Both the position numbers and the translations under genes were made by a program. A stretch of 64,000 nt of DNA from Pseudomonadota bacterium (GTDB lineage Bacteria > Pseudomonadota > Gammaproteobacteria > Xanthomonadales > Rhodanobacteraceae): the NCBI GenBank assembly GCA_018240465.1, contig JAFEFS010000073.1, positions 6,008 through 70,007 of the forward strand. The letters run 5' to 3'. Shown here piece by piece: positions 1-11,380 of this stretch. Position 1 is the stretch's first letter. Every line of letters begins with the position of its first letter. The notes under the pieces were generated by a model, which searched no databases, was not told where the DNA came from, and saw only the letters and a program-made list of their open reading frames with translations.

Positions 1-909
1 CACCACGAGCCGTTCGAGCATTTCGAAGCGGCGCTGAAGGAAGCCTACGCGACGGGTCTGCTCGGCAAGAACATCGGCGGCAGCGGCATTGATTGCGATA
101 TCTACACCGCGCTCGGCGCCGGCGCCTACATCTGCGGCGAAGAAACCGCGCTGATGGAATCGCTCGAAGGCAAGAAGGGCCAGCCGCGTTTCAAGCCGCC
201 GTTCCCGGCCGGGTTCGGCCTCTACGGCAAGCCGACCACGATCAACAACACCGAGACCTACGCTTCGGTGCCGACGATCCTCAACAAGGGCGCCGAGTGG
301 TTTCTCGCCCAGGGCAAACCGAACAACGGCGGCCCGAAGATTTTTTCCGTGTCGGGCCACGTCAACAAGCCGGGCAACTACGAGATCAAGCTCGGCACGC
401 CGTTTTCCGAGCTGCTCGAGATGGCCGGCGGCGTGCGCAACGGCAACAAGCTCAAGGCGGTGATTCCGGGCGGTTCGTCGATGCCGGTGCTCAAGGCCGA
501 CACGATGATGGGCCTGACCATGGATTACGATGCGATCCAGAAGGCCGGATCGGGCCTGGGCTCCGGCGCGGTCATCGTCATGGACGAGACGACGTGCATG
601 GTGCGTGCCTGCCATCGCATCAGCCGCTTCTATTACGCAGAGTCCTGCGGCCAGTGCACGCCCTGCCGCGAAGGCACCGGCTGGATGTACCGCATGCTTT
701 CGCGCATCGTCGAAGGCAAGGCCCAGCTTGGCGATCTCGACATGCTGAAATCGGCGGCCGGGCAAATCGAAGGACATACGATCTGCGCGTTCGGCGAAGC
801 CGCCGCCTGGCCGGTGCAGGGTTTCCTGCGCCAGTTCTGGCCCGAGTTCGAGTACTACATCAAGAATGGCCGCAGCATTGTCGATGCGCCCATGGGAGTT
901 GCCGCATGA
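1..909 (+). CDS. nuoF: NADH-quinone oxidoreductase subunit F (5' partial)
   Basis: Frame open from base 1; [19 protein letters not shown] motif, NNTET, Fe-S motif [12 protein letters not shown]...HTICAFG; upstream of nuoG. Confidence 0.97.
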   Translation, partial: HHEPFEHFEAALKEAYATGLLGKNIGGSGIDCDIYTALGAGAYICGEETALMESLEGKKGQPRFKPPFPAGFGLYGKPTTINNTETYASVPTILNKGAEWFLAQGKPNNGGPKIFSVSGHVNKPGNYEIKLGTPFSELLEMAGGVRNGNKLKAVIPGGSSMPVLKADTMMGLTMDYDAIQKAGSGLGSGAVIVMDETTCMVRACHRISRFYYAESCGQCTPCREGTGWMYRMLSRIVEGKAQLGDLDMLKSAAGQIEGHTICAFGEAAAWPVQGFLRQFWPEFEYYIKNGRSIVDAPMGVAA

Positions 910-3281
910 GTGCGCAGCCGACCGCGCCCGCCGCACCGCCCGATTTCGTCAACATCGAAATCGACGGCAAGGCGCTGCAGGTGCCGAAGAATTCGATGAT
1001 CATCGCCGGCGCCGACAAGGCCGGCATTCCCATTCCGCGTTTCTGCTATCACGAAAAGCTGCCGATCGCCGCGAACTGCCGCATGTGCATGGTCGAGGTC
1101 GAGATGGGCGGCAAGCCGATGCCGAAGCCGCAGCCCGCGTGTGCGACGCCGGTCGCCGAGGGCATGAAGATCAGGACCGCTTCGCAGAAGGCGCTGTCGG
1201 CGCAGCGCAACGTCATGGAATTCCTGCTGATCAATCATCCGCTCGATTGCCCGATCTGCGATCAGGGCGGCGAGTGCGAACTGCAGGACCTGTCGATGGG
1301 CTACGGCCGCTCGGTCTCGCGTTTCGTCGAGCGCAAGCGCGTCGTGCCTGACGAGGATCTCGGCCCGCTGATCGAAACCGAGATGACGCGCTGCATCCAG
1401 TGCACGCGCTGCGTGCGCTTCATGACCGAAGTCGCCGGTTCGCCGGAGCTTGGCGGCATGGGCCGCGGCGAGCATCTGGAAATCGGCACCTACATCGGCA
1501 AGACGATCGATTCGGAACTCGGCGGCAACATCATCGATGTCTGCCCGGTTGGTGCGCTGACCAACAAGGTATTCCGCTTCCGGGCGCGCCCGTGGGAGCT
1601 GATCGCGCGCGAGTCGATCGGCTATCACGACGCGCTGGCCTCGAACCTGTGGCTGCACACGCGCCGCGGCGAAGTGCTGCGCACCGTGCCGCGCGACAAC
1701 GAAGCGATCAACGAATGCTGGCTGTCCGATCGCGACCGCTATTCGCATCAGGGTTTGTATGCGGATGATCGCGCGACAAAACCTCTCGTGCGCAAGAACG
1801 GCGAGCTCGTCGAAACCTCGTGGGAAGAGGCGATCGCCTTCGCCGCCGACGGCTTGAAGAAATGTGGCACCGATGTCGGTGCGCTGGTTGCTCCGTACGT
1901 GTCGAGCGAGGAAGGCCATCTGCTCGCGCAAATCGTGCGCGGCCTCGGCAGCGACAACATCGATCATCGCCTGCGCGTTGCCGATTTCGCCGACGGCGGT
2001 CCGGCGGGCGCTACGTTCGAAATGCCGGTCGCGCAGATCGAGAAGGCGAAGGCGATTCTGCTCATCGGCAGCAATCCACGTCACGAAATGCCGTTGCTCG
2101 GACACCGCATCCGCAAGGCCTGGAAGGCCGGCGCGAAGGTGTTTGCGGTCAACGCGCTCGATTACGACTTCAACTTCGATTTCAACCTCGGCGGAAAATT
2201 CATCGTGCTGCCGTCGCAGTTGGTCGGCGAACTTGCCGCATTGGTCGCGGCGGCGCGCGAAGGCGGCGCCAGCGTGCCCGCGAATGTCGCAGCCGTGGTC
2301 GATGCGGCGAAGCCGACCGACGCGCACCGCGCGGCGGTGAAGGCACTGTGCGAGGCGAGCGACTCGGTGCTGATCTTCGGCAACGATGCCGTGCACCAAG
2401 CGCAAGCCTCGTTGCTGCGTGCACTTGCGAAGGCGCTTGCCCAAGCGACGGACAGTTCGTTCAACGAACTTGCCGATGGTGCGAATGCAGTCGGTCTCGC
2501 ACGCGTCGGCGCGCAACCGCGCGCGAACGGGCGCAATGCCGCGGCGCTGCTCGCGCAGCCGACCAAGGCGTTGATCAGCTATCACCTGGGCGCCGAAGAC
2601 ACGAGCTCGCCGGCAGCTTACGACATCGCGCGCGACAACGCGCCATTCGCCGTCTACATCGGCGCGTTTGCCTGCAACGGCGTGAAGCGCACTGCGCAAG
2701 TCGTGCTGCCGGTCGGCCTGCCGCCGGAAGTCGACGGCAGTTATGTGAACGTCGATGGCTTCGTACAGACAGTCGCCGCCGGCGCAAAACTGTCGGGCGA
2801 CGCGCGGCCGGGGTGGAAGGTGTTGCGTGCGCTCGGTGCCGCGCTGGGTTTGCAGGGGTTCGGCTTCACCGAATTCAGCGAAGTGCGGGCCGCCGTCGCC
2901 GATGCGCTCGCGACGAAATCTTCGGCGGCGGCGTCCGCTGCAATGGCGCCCTCGACGACCGCTTCGGTCGGAGCGGGAGCGTTCGAGCGTATCTCCACCG
3001 TGCCGATCTACCGCAGCGATGCGATCCTGCGCCGTTCGCCCGCGCTGCAGGCGCATCCGCTCACCGGGGTTTGTTCCGTTGGTCTGCACCCGGAGGATGC
3101 GCTGGCGCTCGGCCTGGGCAACGGCGGCAAGGCGAAGGTCAGTGCCGGCGCGGCGACGGTGGAATTGCCGGTCGTGGTGACGCGTGCGGTACCGCGCGGC
3201 GGCGCGTGGATCGAAAAGACCTGGAAGCAGACGCGCGCGCTGCCGGGCAATGGCGGCGCACTGACGATAACGAGGGCCTGA
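906..3281 (+). CDS. nuoG: NADH-quinone oxidoreductase subunit G
   Basis: ATG 906 overlaps nuoF stop (ATGA); [47 protein letters not shown]. Confidence 0.97.
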   Translation: MSAQPTAPAAPPDFVNIEIDGKALQVPKNSMIIAGADKAGIPIPRFCYHEKLPIAANCRMCMVEVEMGGKPMPKPQPACATPVAEGMKIRTASQKALSAQRNVMEFLLINHPLDCPICDQGGECELQDLSMGYGRSVSRFVERKRVVPDEDLGPLIETEMTRCIQCTRCVRFMTEVAGSPELGGMGRGEHLEIGTYIGKTIDSELGGNIIDVCPVGALTNKVFRFRARPWELIARESIGYHDALASNLWLHTRRGEVLRTVPRDNEAINECWLSDRDRYSHQGLYADDRATKPLVRKNGELVETSWEEAIAFAADGLKKCGTDVGALVAPYVSSEEGHLLAQIVRGLGSDNIDHRLRVADFADGGPAGATFEMPVAQIEKAKAILLIGSNPRHEMPLLGHRIRKAWKAGAKVFAVNALDYDFNFDFNLGGKFIVLPSQLVGELAALVAAAREGGASVPANVAAVVDAAKPTDAHRAAVKALCEASDSVLIFGNDAVHQAQASLLRALAKALAQATDSSFNELADGANAVGLARVGAQPRANGRNAAALLAQPTKALISYHLGAEDTSSPAAYDIARDNAPFAVYIGAFACNGVKRTAQVVLPVGLPPEVDGSYVNVDGFVQTVAAGAKLSGDARPGWKVLRALGAALGLQGFGFTEFSEVRAAVADALATKSSAAASAAMAPSTTASVGAGAFERISTVPIYRSDAILRRSPALQAHPLTGVCSVGLHPEDALALGLGNGGKAKVSAGAATVELPVVVTRAVPRGGAWIEKTWKQTRALPGNGGALTITRA

Positions 3282-3285
3282 CCGC

Positions 3286-4359
3286 GTGCTTTCCCATTTC
3301 TTCCATTCCTGGATTCACGATCCGCTCGTCTCGATGTTCGGCGTCGGCGGACTCGTCGTCTGGCTCGTGCTCTGCATCCTCGCGATCGCCGTGCCGGTGA
3401 TCCTGTCGGTCGCGCTCTATGTCTGGTGGGAGCGCAAGGTGCTCGGCTGGATGCACGTGCGCATGGGGCCGAACAGTGTCGGTCCGGCGGGACTCGCGCA
3501 GACCTTCGCCGACGTGTTCAAGCTGCTGCTGAAGGAATACTTCATGCCGCAGTCGGCGAGCAAGTTCCTGTTCGTCGTCGCGCCGCTGATCGCGCTGGTG
3601 CCGGCGTTCGCCGCCTGGGCAGTCGTGCCGTTTGACGACAAGGTTGTGCTGGCCGACGTCAATGCCGGTCTGCTCTATCTGCTCGCGATGACCTCGCTCG
3701 GCGTCTACGGCATCATCCTCGCCGGCTGGTCGTCGAACTCGAAGTACGCGATGCTCGGCGCGATGCGCTCGGCCGCGCAGGTGGTGTCCTACGAAATCGC
3801 GATGGGCATGGCGCTGGTCGGCGTGCTGATCTGCGCGGGAAGTCTGAATTTGTCCGACATCGTGCGCGCGCAGGGCGGCCACTACGGTCTGTTCTCGTGG
3901 TTCTGGCTGCCGCTGCTGCCGCTGTTCGTCATCTATTTCATCTCGGGCGTGGCCGAGACCAATCGCGCGCCGTTCGACGTCGCCGAGGGCGAATCGGAAA
4001 TCGTCGCCGGCTTCCACGTCGAGTATTCGGGTGCGCCGTTCGCGGTGTTCTTCCTCACCGAATACGCGAACATGATCCTGATTTCGTTTCTCGCCTCCGT
4101 GCTGTTCCTCGGCGGCTGGCTTTCGCCGTTCCATGGCGCCGGTTGGGGTTTCCTTTCCGCCGACGGTTGGTGGTGGCTGTTCGCCAAGGCATTCGGCTTC
4201 GCGTTTTTCTATCTCTGGTTTCGCGCCGCGTTCCCGCGCTACCGCTACGACCAGATCATGCGTCTGGGCTGGAAAGTTTTCGTGCCCATCACGATCGTCT
4301 GGGTGCTCGTCGCGGGCTGCCTCGTGTACTTCAACATCGTCGGTCCGGGCAAGGTGTAA
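3286..4359 (+). CDS. nuoH: NADH-quinone oxidoreductase subunit H
   Basis: [43 protein letters not shown]; GTG start. Confidence 0.96.
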   Translation: MLSHFFHSWIHDPLVSMFGVGGLVVWLVLCILAIAVPVILSVALYVWWERKVLGWMHVRMGPNSVGPAGLAQTFADVFKLLLKEYFMPQSASKFLFVVAPLIALVPAFAAWAVVPFDDKVVLADVNAGLLYLLAMTSLGVYGIILAGWSSNSKYAMLGAMRSAAQVVSYEIAMGMALVGVLICAGSLNLSDIVRAQGGHYGLFSWFWLPLLPLFVIYFISGVAETNRAPFDVAEGESEIVAGFHVEYSGAPFAVFFLTEYANMILISFLASVLFLGGWLSPFHGAGWGFLSADGWWWLFAKAFGFAFFYLWFRAAFPRYRYDQIMRLGWKVFVPITIVWVLVAGCLVYFNIVGPGKV

Positions 4360-4364
4360 TCAAG

Positions 4365-4853
4365 ATGACCGCTGTCGTTCGCTATTTCAAAAGCCTGTTT
4401 CTGCTCGAGCTGCTCAAGGGGCTCGCACTGACCGGCAAATACATGTTCAAGCCCAAGTACACGATGCGCTATCCGATGGAAAAGATTCCGCAGTCGAATC
4501 GTTTCCGCGGCTTGCACGCGCTGCGCCGCTACCCGAATGGCGAGGAGCGCTGCATTGCCTGCAAGCTGTGCGAGGCGGTGTGCCCGGCGTTGGCGATCAC
4601 GATCGATTCCGAGCAGCGCGCGGACGGCACGCGGCGCACGACGCGCTACGACATCGACCTGTTCAAGTGCATCTACTGCGGCTTCTGCGAGGAAAGCTGC
4701 CCGGTCGACTCGATCGTCGAGACCAACATCCACGAATACCACTTCGAGAAGCGCGGCGAAAACATCGTGACCAAGCCGCAATTGCTGGCAATTGGTGATC
4801 GTTTCGAGAAAGACATTGCAGCGGCGCGCGCGCAAGACGCGGCCTATCGTTGA
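4365..4853 (+). CDS. nuoI: NADH-quinone oxidoreductase subunit I
   Basis: Two 4Fe-4S motifs ([24 protein letters not shown]); ATG 4365. Confidence 0.97.
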   Translation: MTAVVRYFKSLFLLELLKGLALTGKYMFKPKYTMRYPMEKIPQSNRFRGLHALRRYPNGEERCIACKLCEAVCPALAITIDSEQRADGTRRTTRYDIDLFKCIYCGFCEESCPVDSIVETNIHEYHFEKRGENIVTKPQLLAIGDRFEKDIAAARAQDAAYR

Positions 4854-4876
4854 GAAGATACGTTGGCGAGGCGTCC

Positions 4877-5482
4877 ATGAGTTTCGAACTGATTTTGTTC
4901 TATCTGTTTTCCTTCGTGCTGCTGATCGCGGCGCTCGGCGTGATCACGGTGAAGAATTCCGTGCACGCCGCACTGCTGCTGGTGTTGACGTTCTTCACCG
5001 CGGCAGCGTTGTGGCTGCTGCTTCAGGCGGAGTTTCTCGCGGTTGCACTGGTGCTCGTCTATGTCGGCGCGGTCATGGTGCTGTTCCTGTTCGTGGTGAT
5101 GATGCTCGACATCAAGGTCGAGCCGCTGCGCGAGGGTTTCGTGCGCTACCTGCCGGTCGGCGCCGTCGTCGCACTGGTCATGCTTGTGGAAATGCTGGGC
5201 CTGATCGGGCTCAAGGCGATGTCGGCGCAGGCGTTGCCGCCCGATCCCGCTGGAGCATCGAACACGGCCTGGCTCGGCAATGCGCTGTTCACCCAGTTCC
5301 TGCTGCCGTTCGAAGTCGCCGCGGTGATCCTGACCGTTGCGCTGGTCGCCGCCGTGGTGCTGACCTTGCGCCGCCGCACCGGAGTCAAGTCGCAGAATCC
5401 TGCCAGGCAGGTTGCGGTCAAGGCGAGCGAGCGCATCCGCATCGTCAAAATGGAGAGCGTCAGCAAGGGAGGCACGCCATGA
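4877..5482 (+). CDS. nuoJ: NADH-quinone oxidoreductase subunit J
   Basis: [27 protein letters not shown]; operon position; ATG 4877. Confidence 0.96.
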   Translation: MSFELILFYLFSFVLLIAALGVITVKNSVHAALLLVLTFFTAAALWLLLQAEFLAVALVLVYVGAVMVLFLFVVMMLDIKVEPLREGFVRYLPVGAVVALVMLVEMLGLIGLKAMSAQALPPDPAGASNTAWLGNALFTQFLLPFEVAAVILTVALVAAVVLTLRRRTGVKSQNPARQVAVKASERIRIVKMESVSKGGTP

Positions 5483-5784
5483 TCACGCTGTCGCACTACA
5501 TCGTGCTCGGCACGATCCTGTTCTGCATCTCCGTCGCCGGCATCTTCATCAACCGCAAGAACGTCATCGTGCTGCTGATGTCGATCGAGCTGATGCTGCT
5601 CGCGGTGAATACGAACTTCGTCGCGTTCTCGCGTTTTCTCGGCAATGTTGACGGGCAGGTGTTCGTGTTCTTCATCCTGACCGTGGCGGCGGCGGAGTCG
5701 GCGATCGGGTTGGCGATCCTCGTGACGCTGTTCCGCAACCGCGCGACGATCAACGTCGGCGAAATCGATTCGATGAAAGGCTGA
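5479..5784 (+). CDS. nuoK: NADH-quinone oxidoreductase subunit K
   Basis: [23 protein letters not shown]; 101 aa; overlaps nuoJ stop. Confidence 0.96.
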   Translation: MITLSHYIVLGTILFCISVAGIFINRKNVIVLLMSIELMLLAVNTNFVAFSRFLGNVDGQVFVFFILTVAAAESAIGLAILVTLFRNRATINVGEIDSMKG

Positions 5785-5789
5785 TCGGC

Positions 5790-7820
5790 ATGAGTCTCAA
5801 TCCCACCATTCTGCTGATCATCGCGCTCGCGCCGCTGGTCGGCGCAGTCGTTGCCGGCATTTTTCGCAACCAGGTCGGCCGCATCGGCGCGCACACGGTC
5901 ACGATTGCCGGCGTAGCGCTCTCTTGCGTGCTGTCGTTCTACGTGCTCTACCAACTCGTCTGGGGCGGGGCGCAGAACTACAACGCCAATGTCTACACCT
6001 GGTTCCAGGTCGGCGCCATCGATGCGCACGTCGGCTTCCTCGTCGACCGCCTCACCGCGATGATGATGGTCGTCGTCACATTCGTCTCGCTGATGGTGCA
6101 TGTCTACACGATCGGATACATGGCAGAGGACGACGGCTACCAGCGTTTCTTCAGCTACATCGCGCTGTTCACCTTCTCGATGCTGATGCTGGTGATGAGC
6201 AACAATTTCCTGCAGCTGTTCTTCGGCTGGGAAGCGGTGGGCCTGGTTTCGTACCTGCTGATCGGCTTCTGGTTCAAGCGTCCGACGGCGGTGTTCGCGA
6301 ACATGAAGGCGTTCCTCGTCAACCGCGTCGGCGACTTCGGCTTCCTGCTCGGCATCGCCGGTGTGCTCTATTTCTTCCACACGCTCGACTATGCGACCGT
6401 GTTCGCGCACACCGACGTACTCAACGGCAAGACGCTGGAGATCCTCGGCGGCGATCCGTGGTCGGCTGCGACGGTGATCTGCATCTGCCTGTTCATCGGC
6501 GCGATGGGCAAGTCGGCGCAAATGCCGCTGCACGTCTGGCTGCCCGATTCGATGGAAGGCCCGACGCCGATCTCCGCGCTGATCCACGCAGCGACGATGG
6601 TCACCGCTGGCATCTTCATGGTCGCGCGCATGTCGCCGCTGTTCGAACTGTCAGAGACGGCACTGACGTTCGTGCTCGTGATCGGTGCGACGACGGCATT
6701 CTTCACCGGGCTCATCGGCATCGTGCAGAACGACATCAAGCGCGTGGTCGCATATTCGACCCTGTCGCAGCTCGGCTACATGACCGCCGCGCTCGGTGTG
6801 TCGGCGTACTCGGCCGCGGTGTTCCACCTGATGACGCATGCGTTCTTCAAGGCGCTGCTGTTCCTCGGCGCGGGTTCGGTCATCATCGCCATGCACCACG
6901 AGCAGGACATGCGTTACATGGGTGGCCTGCGCAAGTACATGCCGATCACCTTCATCACCGCGTGGATCGGCACGCTGGCGCTCACCGGCATGCCGGGCTT
7001 TGCCGGCTTCTACTCGAAGGACGCGATTATCGAGGCCGTGAAGGAAGCATCGGATCATGGCGGTCTGGCGCAGCATTACGCTTATTGGTGCGTGCTGCTC
7101 GGCGTCTTCGTCACCGCGTTCTACAGCTTCCGCCTGCTGTATCTCACGTTCCACGGCAAAGAGCGTTTTGTCGTCGAGCATGGTCACGGTCACGGGCATG
7201 ATGATCACGACAACCATGGTCATCACGAGCCGGGACATCTTGCGCATGAGCCGCACGAATCGCCGGCCGTCGTCACCTGGCCGCTGATGGCGCTGGCGGT
7301 GCCCTCGATCGTGATCGGCGCGCTGACCGTCGGTGCGATGCTGCACGGCGACTACTTCGGCAGCGCGATCCATGTCGCGCATGCGCAAAGCGATGGGGCA
7401 CACGAATTCCAGGGCTGGTTGTCGATGGCGTTGCACGGTTTGGGTCAGCCGCCGTTCCTGCTGGCGTTCTGCGGCTTCGCACTGGCGACCTACATCTATC
7501 TGTTCAATCCGGCCGTCGCCGACAAGGCCAGGAGCGCCCTGTATCCGCTGTGGAACATGCTCGACAAGAAGTATTGGTTCGATCCGATCTATCAGGCCGT
7601 GTTCGCGCGCGGCGGCGTCGCGCTCGGGCGTGGCCTGTGGAAGGGCGGCGATGTCGGCGTGATCGACAATGTGCTGATCGACGGCTCGGCTGCGGCGGTC
7701 GCGCGCACAGCGGGCGTCGTGCGCTGGCTGCAATCGGGTTATCTGTACACCTATGCGTTCGCGATGATCCTCGGGCTGGTATTCCTGCTCGGCGGATTGT
7801 GGTGGGTTGTTCGTGGTTGA
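5790..7820 (+). CDS. nuoL: NADH-quinone oxidoreductase subunit L
   Basis: FFGWEAVGLVSYLLIGFW, GKSAQMPLHVWLPDSMEGPTPISALIHAATMV. Confidence 0.97.
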   Translation: MSLNPTILLIIALAPLVGAVVAGIFRNQVGRIGAHTVTIAGVALSCVLSFYVLYQLVWGGAQNYNANVYTWFQVGAIDAHVGFLVDRLTAMMMVVVTFVSLMVHVYTIGYMAEDDGYQRFFSYIALFTFSMLMLVMSNNFLQLFFGWEAVGLVSYLLIGFWFKRPTAVFANMKAFLVNRVGDFGFLLGIAGVLYFFHTLDYATVFAHTDVLNGKTLEILGGDPWSAATVICICLFIGAMGKSAQMPLHVWLPDSMEGPTPISALIHAATMVTAGIFMVARMSPLFELSETALTFVLVIGATTAFFTGLIGIVQNDIKRVVAYSTLSQLGYMTAALGVSAYSAAVFHLMTHAFFKALLFLGAGSVIIAMHHEQDMRYMGGLRKYMPITFITAWIGTLALTGMPGFAGFYSKDAIIEAVKEASDHGGLAQHYAYWCVLLGVFVTAFYSFRLLYLTFHGKERFVVEHGHGHGHDDHDNHGHHEPGHLAHEPHESPAVVTWPLMALAVPSIVIGALTVGAMLHGDYFGSAIHVAHAQSDGAHEFQGWLSMALHGLGQPPFLLAFCGFALATYIYLFNPAVADKARSALYPLWNMLDKKYWFDPIYQAVFARGGVALGRGLWKGGDVGVIDNVLIDGSAAAVARTAGVVRWLQSGYLYTYAFAMILGLVFLLGGLWWVVRG

Positions 7821-7838
7821 GTTGCATAACTGAATAAC

Positions 7839-7949
7839 GTCATCCGGGCATGGATTGCCCGGGTCCAGACTGCAGGGATGCCATGCAATCGGTTTGGTGG
7901 GATTTGCCGTCCATGGCGACGGGATTCCGGCAATCCATGCCGGAATGAC
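7839..7949. repeat. Inverted pair of GTCAT-type palindromic (REP-like) units between nuoL and nuoM
   Basis: GTCATCCGGGCATGGATTGCCCGGGTCCAG (7839-7868) and near reverse complement GGATTCCGGCAATCCATGCCGGAATGAC (7922-7949). Confidence 0.8.
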
Positions 7950-7976
7950 GAGCGAAAAAAGAATAGGAATGACGGA

Positions 7977-9488
7977 ATGATGCAATCGCTGTTGAGCATC
8001 CTGATCTGGCTGCCGATCGTTGGCGGATTCGCCGCGCTCGCATTGGGCACGCACCGGGCGAAAGAAGCGCGCTGGCTGGCGCTGGCCGTGTCTGTCGTGA
8101 CGTTCATCGTCAGCGTTCTGCTGCTGACCGGCTACGATGCGGCCGCCGGCACGATGCAGTTCCTCGAGCAGCATCGCTGGGTTGCCGCGATCAATGCGAA
8201 CTATCACCTCGGCGCCGACGGCATCTCGGTCGCGCTGATCGTGCTGACGACTTTCGTCACTGTGCTCGTCATCCTTGGGGCCTGGGATTCGGTGCGCGAC
8301 AAGGTCAATCAGTACATGGCCGCGCTCCTTGTTCTCGAAGGCTTGATGATCGGCGTATTCTGCGCGCTCGATGCGCTGCTTTTCTACGTCTTCTTCGAAG
8401 GCATGCTGATCCCGATGTTCATCATCATCGGCATCTGGGGCGGGCCGCGTCGCGTCTACGCGACCTTGAAGTTTTTCCTCTACACGTTCCTGGGATCGAT
8501 CTTCATGCTGGTCGGGTTGATCTGGCTCTACCTGCAGGCGGGTAGTTGGGAGCTGTCGCAGCTCGCGGCGCTCAAGCTCACGCTGACCCAGCAGTCGTGG
8601 CTGTTCTTCGCCTTTCTGATCGCATTCGCGGTCAAGGTGCCGATGTGGCCGGTGCATACATGGTTGCCGGATGCACACGTCGAGGCGCCGACCGGCGGCT
8701 CGGTCGTCCTGGCGGCGATCATGCTGAAGATCGGCGGCTACGGTTTCCTGCGTTTCTCGCTGCCGATCACGCCTGATGCGAGCCAGCATTTCGCCTGGCT
8801 GCTGATTGCGCTGTCGCTGATCGCGGTGATCTACATCGGCTACGTTGCCCTGGTCCAGGAGGACATGAAGAAGCTGATTGCGTACTCGTCCGTGTCGCAC
8901 ATGGGCTTCGTCACGCTCGGCATCTTCATTGCGCTCGCGCTCGTGCGCGTGACCGGCAACAAGGACGCGGCCCACCTCGGCGTTTCCGGCGCGATGGTGC
9001 AGATGATCTCGCACGGGTTCATCTCGGGCGCGATGTTCTCGTGCATCGGCGTCGTCTACGATCGCATGCACACGCGCATGATCCGCGACTACGGCGGCGT
9101 CGTGAACACGATGCCGTGGTTCGCCGCTTTCTGGGTGTTCTTCTCGATGGCCAATTGCGGCCTGCCCGGCACGAGCGGTTTCGTCGGCGAGTTCATGGTC
9201 ATCCTCGCAAGCTTCCAGTCGAACTTCTGGATCGCCGCGCTCGCCGCGTTCACCCTGATCATCGGGGCGGCGTACACGCTGTGGCTGGTCAAGCGCGTGA
9301 TCTGGGGCGAGGTGACCAACGATCACGTCGCCAAGCTCAAGGACATCAATCCACGCGAGGCGCTGGTACTCGGCGCGTTCGCGGCGGCGACCCTGCTGTT
9401 CGGCATCTGGCCGGCGCCGTTGACCCATCTGATGGATGCCTCGGTCAGGCATGTCGTCGATCAATTGCTGATCGTCAAAGCGGGATAA
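7977..9488 (+). CDS. nuoM: NADH-quinone oxidoreductase subunit M
   Basis: AFAVKVPMWPVHTWLPDAHVEAPT, LKIGGYG; start 7977 or 7980 (longer ORF start runs through the repeat). Confidence 0.96.
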   Translation: MMQSLLSILIWLPIVGGFAALALGTHRAKEARWLALAVSVVTFIVSVLLLTGYDAAAGTMQFLEQHRWVAAINANYHLGADGISVALIVLTTFVTVLVILGAWDSVRDKVNQYMAALLVLEGLMIGVFCALDALLFYVFFEGMLIPMFIIIGIWGGPRRVYATLKFFLYTFLGSIFMLVGLIWLYLQAGSWELSQLAALKLTLTQQSWLFFAFLIAFAVKVPMWPVHTWLPDAHVEAPTGGSVVLAAIMLKIGGYGFLRFSLPITPDASQHFAWLLIALSLIAVIYIGYVALVQEDMKKLIAYSSVSHMGFVTLGIFIALALVRVTGNKDAAHLGVSGAMVQMISHGFISGAMFSCIGVVYDRMHTRMIRDYGGVVNTMPWFAAFWVFFSMANCGLPGTSGFVGEFMVILASFQSNFWIAALAAFTLIIGAAYTLWLVKRVIWGEVTNDHVAKLKDINPREALVLGAFAAATLLFGIWPAPLTHLMDASVRHVVDQLLIVKAG

Positions 9489-9563
9489 ATTGAAAAATGC
9501 AGTCGGGATGGCTGCTTTTTGATTCTGCACACAGGAACGTGTGCTCCAGTGAGACTCAAGAAC

Positions 9564-11015
9564 ATGCCTTTCAGCCTTCACGATCTCTTCCTGCTGCTGC
9601 CCGAAGCGTTCCTGCTGTTCGCGATCTGCGCCGTGCTCGCGGTCGATCTCGTCATCAAGCCGGCGCAACGCGATCTCACGCATTGGCTGTCGATCGCCGT
9701 GCTCGTCGCGACGCTGGTGCTCGTCGTCGGTTTTCCCGCCGAGCCCGGGCGTGGCTTCTCCGGCATGTTCGTGCACGATGCCGTCTCGAGGCTGCTGAAG
9801 GTTTTCATCCTGCTGGTTGTGCTCGCGGTATTCGTCTACGCCCGCACCTATCTCAGGGATCGCAATCTCCACGTTGGCGAGTTCTATCTGCTCTGCCTGT
9901 TTGCGACACTGGGCATGATGCTGCTCGTTTCCGCCGGCAGTCTGGTCATGATCTACGTCGGCCTCGAATTGCTGACGCTGTCCTCGTATGCGCTGGTCGC
10001 GCTGAACCGCGATTCGCCGCTGTCGTCCGAAGCGGCGATGAAGTACTTCGTGCTCGGCGCGCTCGCCTCGGGCATCCTCCTGTACGGCATGTCGATGATC
10101 TATGGCGCAACCGGTACGCTCGACCTGCAGAAGATCCACGCGGTTGCCTCGCTCGCCGCCGGCAGCTCGCACCAGACCCTGCTCGCGTTCGGCCTTGTCT
10201 TCCTCGTCGCCGGCATCGGCTTCAAGTTCGGCGCCGCGCCGTTCCACATGTGGCTGCCCGACGTCTACCAGGGTTCGCCGACCGCGGTTACCACGTTCAT
10301 CGGTTCCGCGCCGAAGATCGCCGCGTTCGGCATGGCCTGGCGTCTGCTCGATGGCGCTCTCGGCGGCCTGCATCCGCACTGGGGCGAGATGCTGGCCGTG
10401 CTCGCCGTGTTGTCGCTCGCCATCGGCAATGTCGTGGCGATCGCGCAGACGAACTTGAAGCGCATGCTCGCTTACTCGACTATTTCGCACGTCGGCTTTC
10501 TGCTGCTCGGCCTCGCCAATGGCACGCCCTCGGGTTACGCCGCCGCGATGTTCTACGCGATTGCCTACGCGATCATGGCGACCGCCGCGTTCGGCTCGAT
10601 CCAGTTGCTCGCGCGCGCCGGCTTCGAGGCCGAGGAGATCGACGACTTCAAGGGCCTCAACCAGCGCAATCCGTGGTATGCCTTCGTCGTGCTGCTGGTG
10701 ATGGCGTCGCTCGCCGGCATTCCGCCGCTGTTCGGCTTCTTCGCCAAGCTCATGGTGCTCAAGGCGGCGATCGACGCCGGCATGATGTGGCTCGCGATCG
10801 CCGCGATCGTGTTCGCCATCGTCGGCGCGTTCTACTACCTGCGCGTGATCAAGGTCATGTATTTCGATCCGCCGGTGCAGAAGGGCGCACTCGCGCTGCC
10901 GCAGGACATCCCGCTGCGCTGGATCCTCTCGATCAACGGTGCCGCCCTGCTGTTTCTCGGCCTGTTCTTCGGCCCGCTGCTGGGCTGGTGCTACCGGGCG
11001 ATGGGGGCCGGTTGA
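9564..11015 (+). CDS. nuoN: NADH-quinone oxidoreductase subunit N
   Basis: EAAMKYFVLGA, FKFGAAPFHMWLPDVYQG, KRMLAYSTISH; ATG 9564. Confidence 0.96.
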   Translation: MPFSLHDLFLLLPEAFLLFAICAVLAVDLVIKPAQRDLTHWLSIAVLVATLVLVVGFPAEPGRGFSGMFVHDAVSRLLKVFILLVVLAVFVYARTYLRDRNLHVGEFYLLCLFATLGMMLLVSAGSLVMIYVGLELLTLSSYALVALNRDSPLSSEAAMKYFVLGALASGILLYGMSMIYGATGTLDLQKIHAVASLAAGSSHQTLLAFGLVFLVAGIGFKFGAAPFHMWLPDVYQGSPTAVTTFIGSAPKIAAFGMAWRLLDGALGGLHPHWGEMLAVLAVLSLAIGNVVAIAQTNLKRMLAYSTISHVGFLLLGLANGTPSGYAAAMFYAIAYAIMATAAFGSIQLLARAGFEAEEIDDFKGLNQRNPWYAFVVLLVMASLAGIPPLFGFFAKLMVLKAAIDAGMMWLAIAAIVFAIVGAFYYLRVIKVMYFDPPVQKGALALPQDIPLRWILSINGAALLFLGLFFGPLLGWCYRAMGAG

Positions 11016-11047
11016 GGTCGAAGCAATCCGGCACTGGTCTGGCGTCC

Positions 11048-11077
11048 TTGCAAAATGCCGTAGTCTGAGACTAGAAT
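11048..11077 (+). promoter_or_regulatory. Sigma70-type promoter of tRNA-Met/rimP operon
   Basis: TTGCAA (11048-11053), 18 bp, TAGAAT (11072-11077), GC-rich discriminator, directly before the tRNA. Confidence 0.6.
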
Positions 11078-11088
11078 AGCGGCTCTGG

Positions 11089-11165
<77 letters not shown>

Positions 11166-11248
11166 AATTCTGAATGCCCGGCTTGTCCGGGCATTCGCTT
11201 CGCAGGATGCGGATCGCCGGTTTCTGGATCAAAACGGCGGACTATGGA

Positions 11249-11270
11249 ATGGGCCTTCGGCCCATTTTTT
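11249..11270 (+). terminator. Intrinsic terminator/attenuator between tRNA and rimP
   Basis: ATGGGCC-TTC-GGCCCAT followed by T-run; a second hairpin GAATGCCCGG/CCGGGCATTC at 11172-11196. Confidence 0.7.
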
Positions 11271-11380
11271 GTTTCTGAAATCAGGTATTCGAAGACATTT
11301 CGTCGGGTCGCGATTTTTTCGAGAAGTGCAGGCAGGAGCCCGCTGTTTGATTCTCGCGATCACGGACGAGCGCAAAAACC

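Noticed and set aside
93-905. Apparent N-terminal extension of nuoG (1062-aa ORF)
   Set aside because: Overlaps nuoF in another frame; the true start is ATG 906 coupled to the nuoF stop.
7178-7262. His-rich loop in NuoL
   Set aside because: His-rich loops at this position are common in proteobacterial NuoL; not novel.
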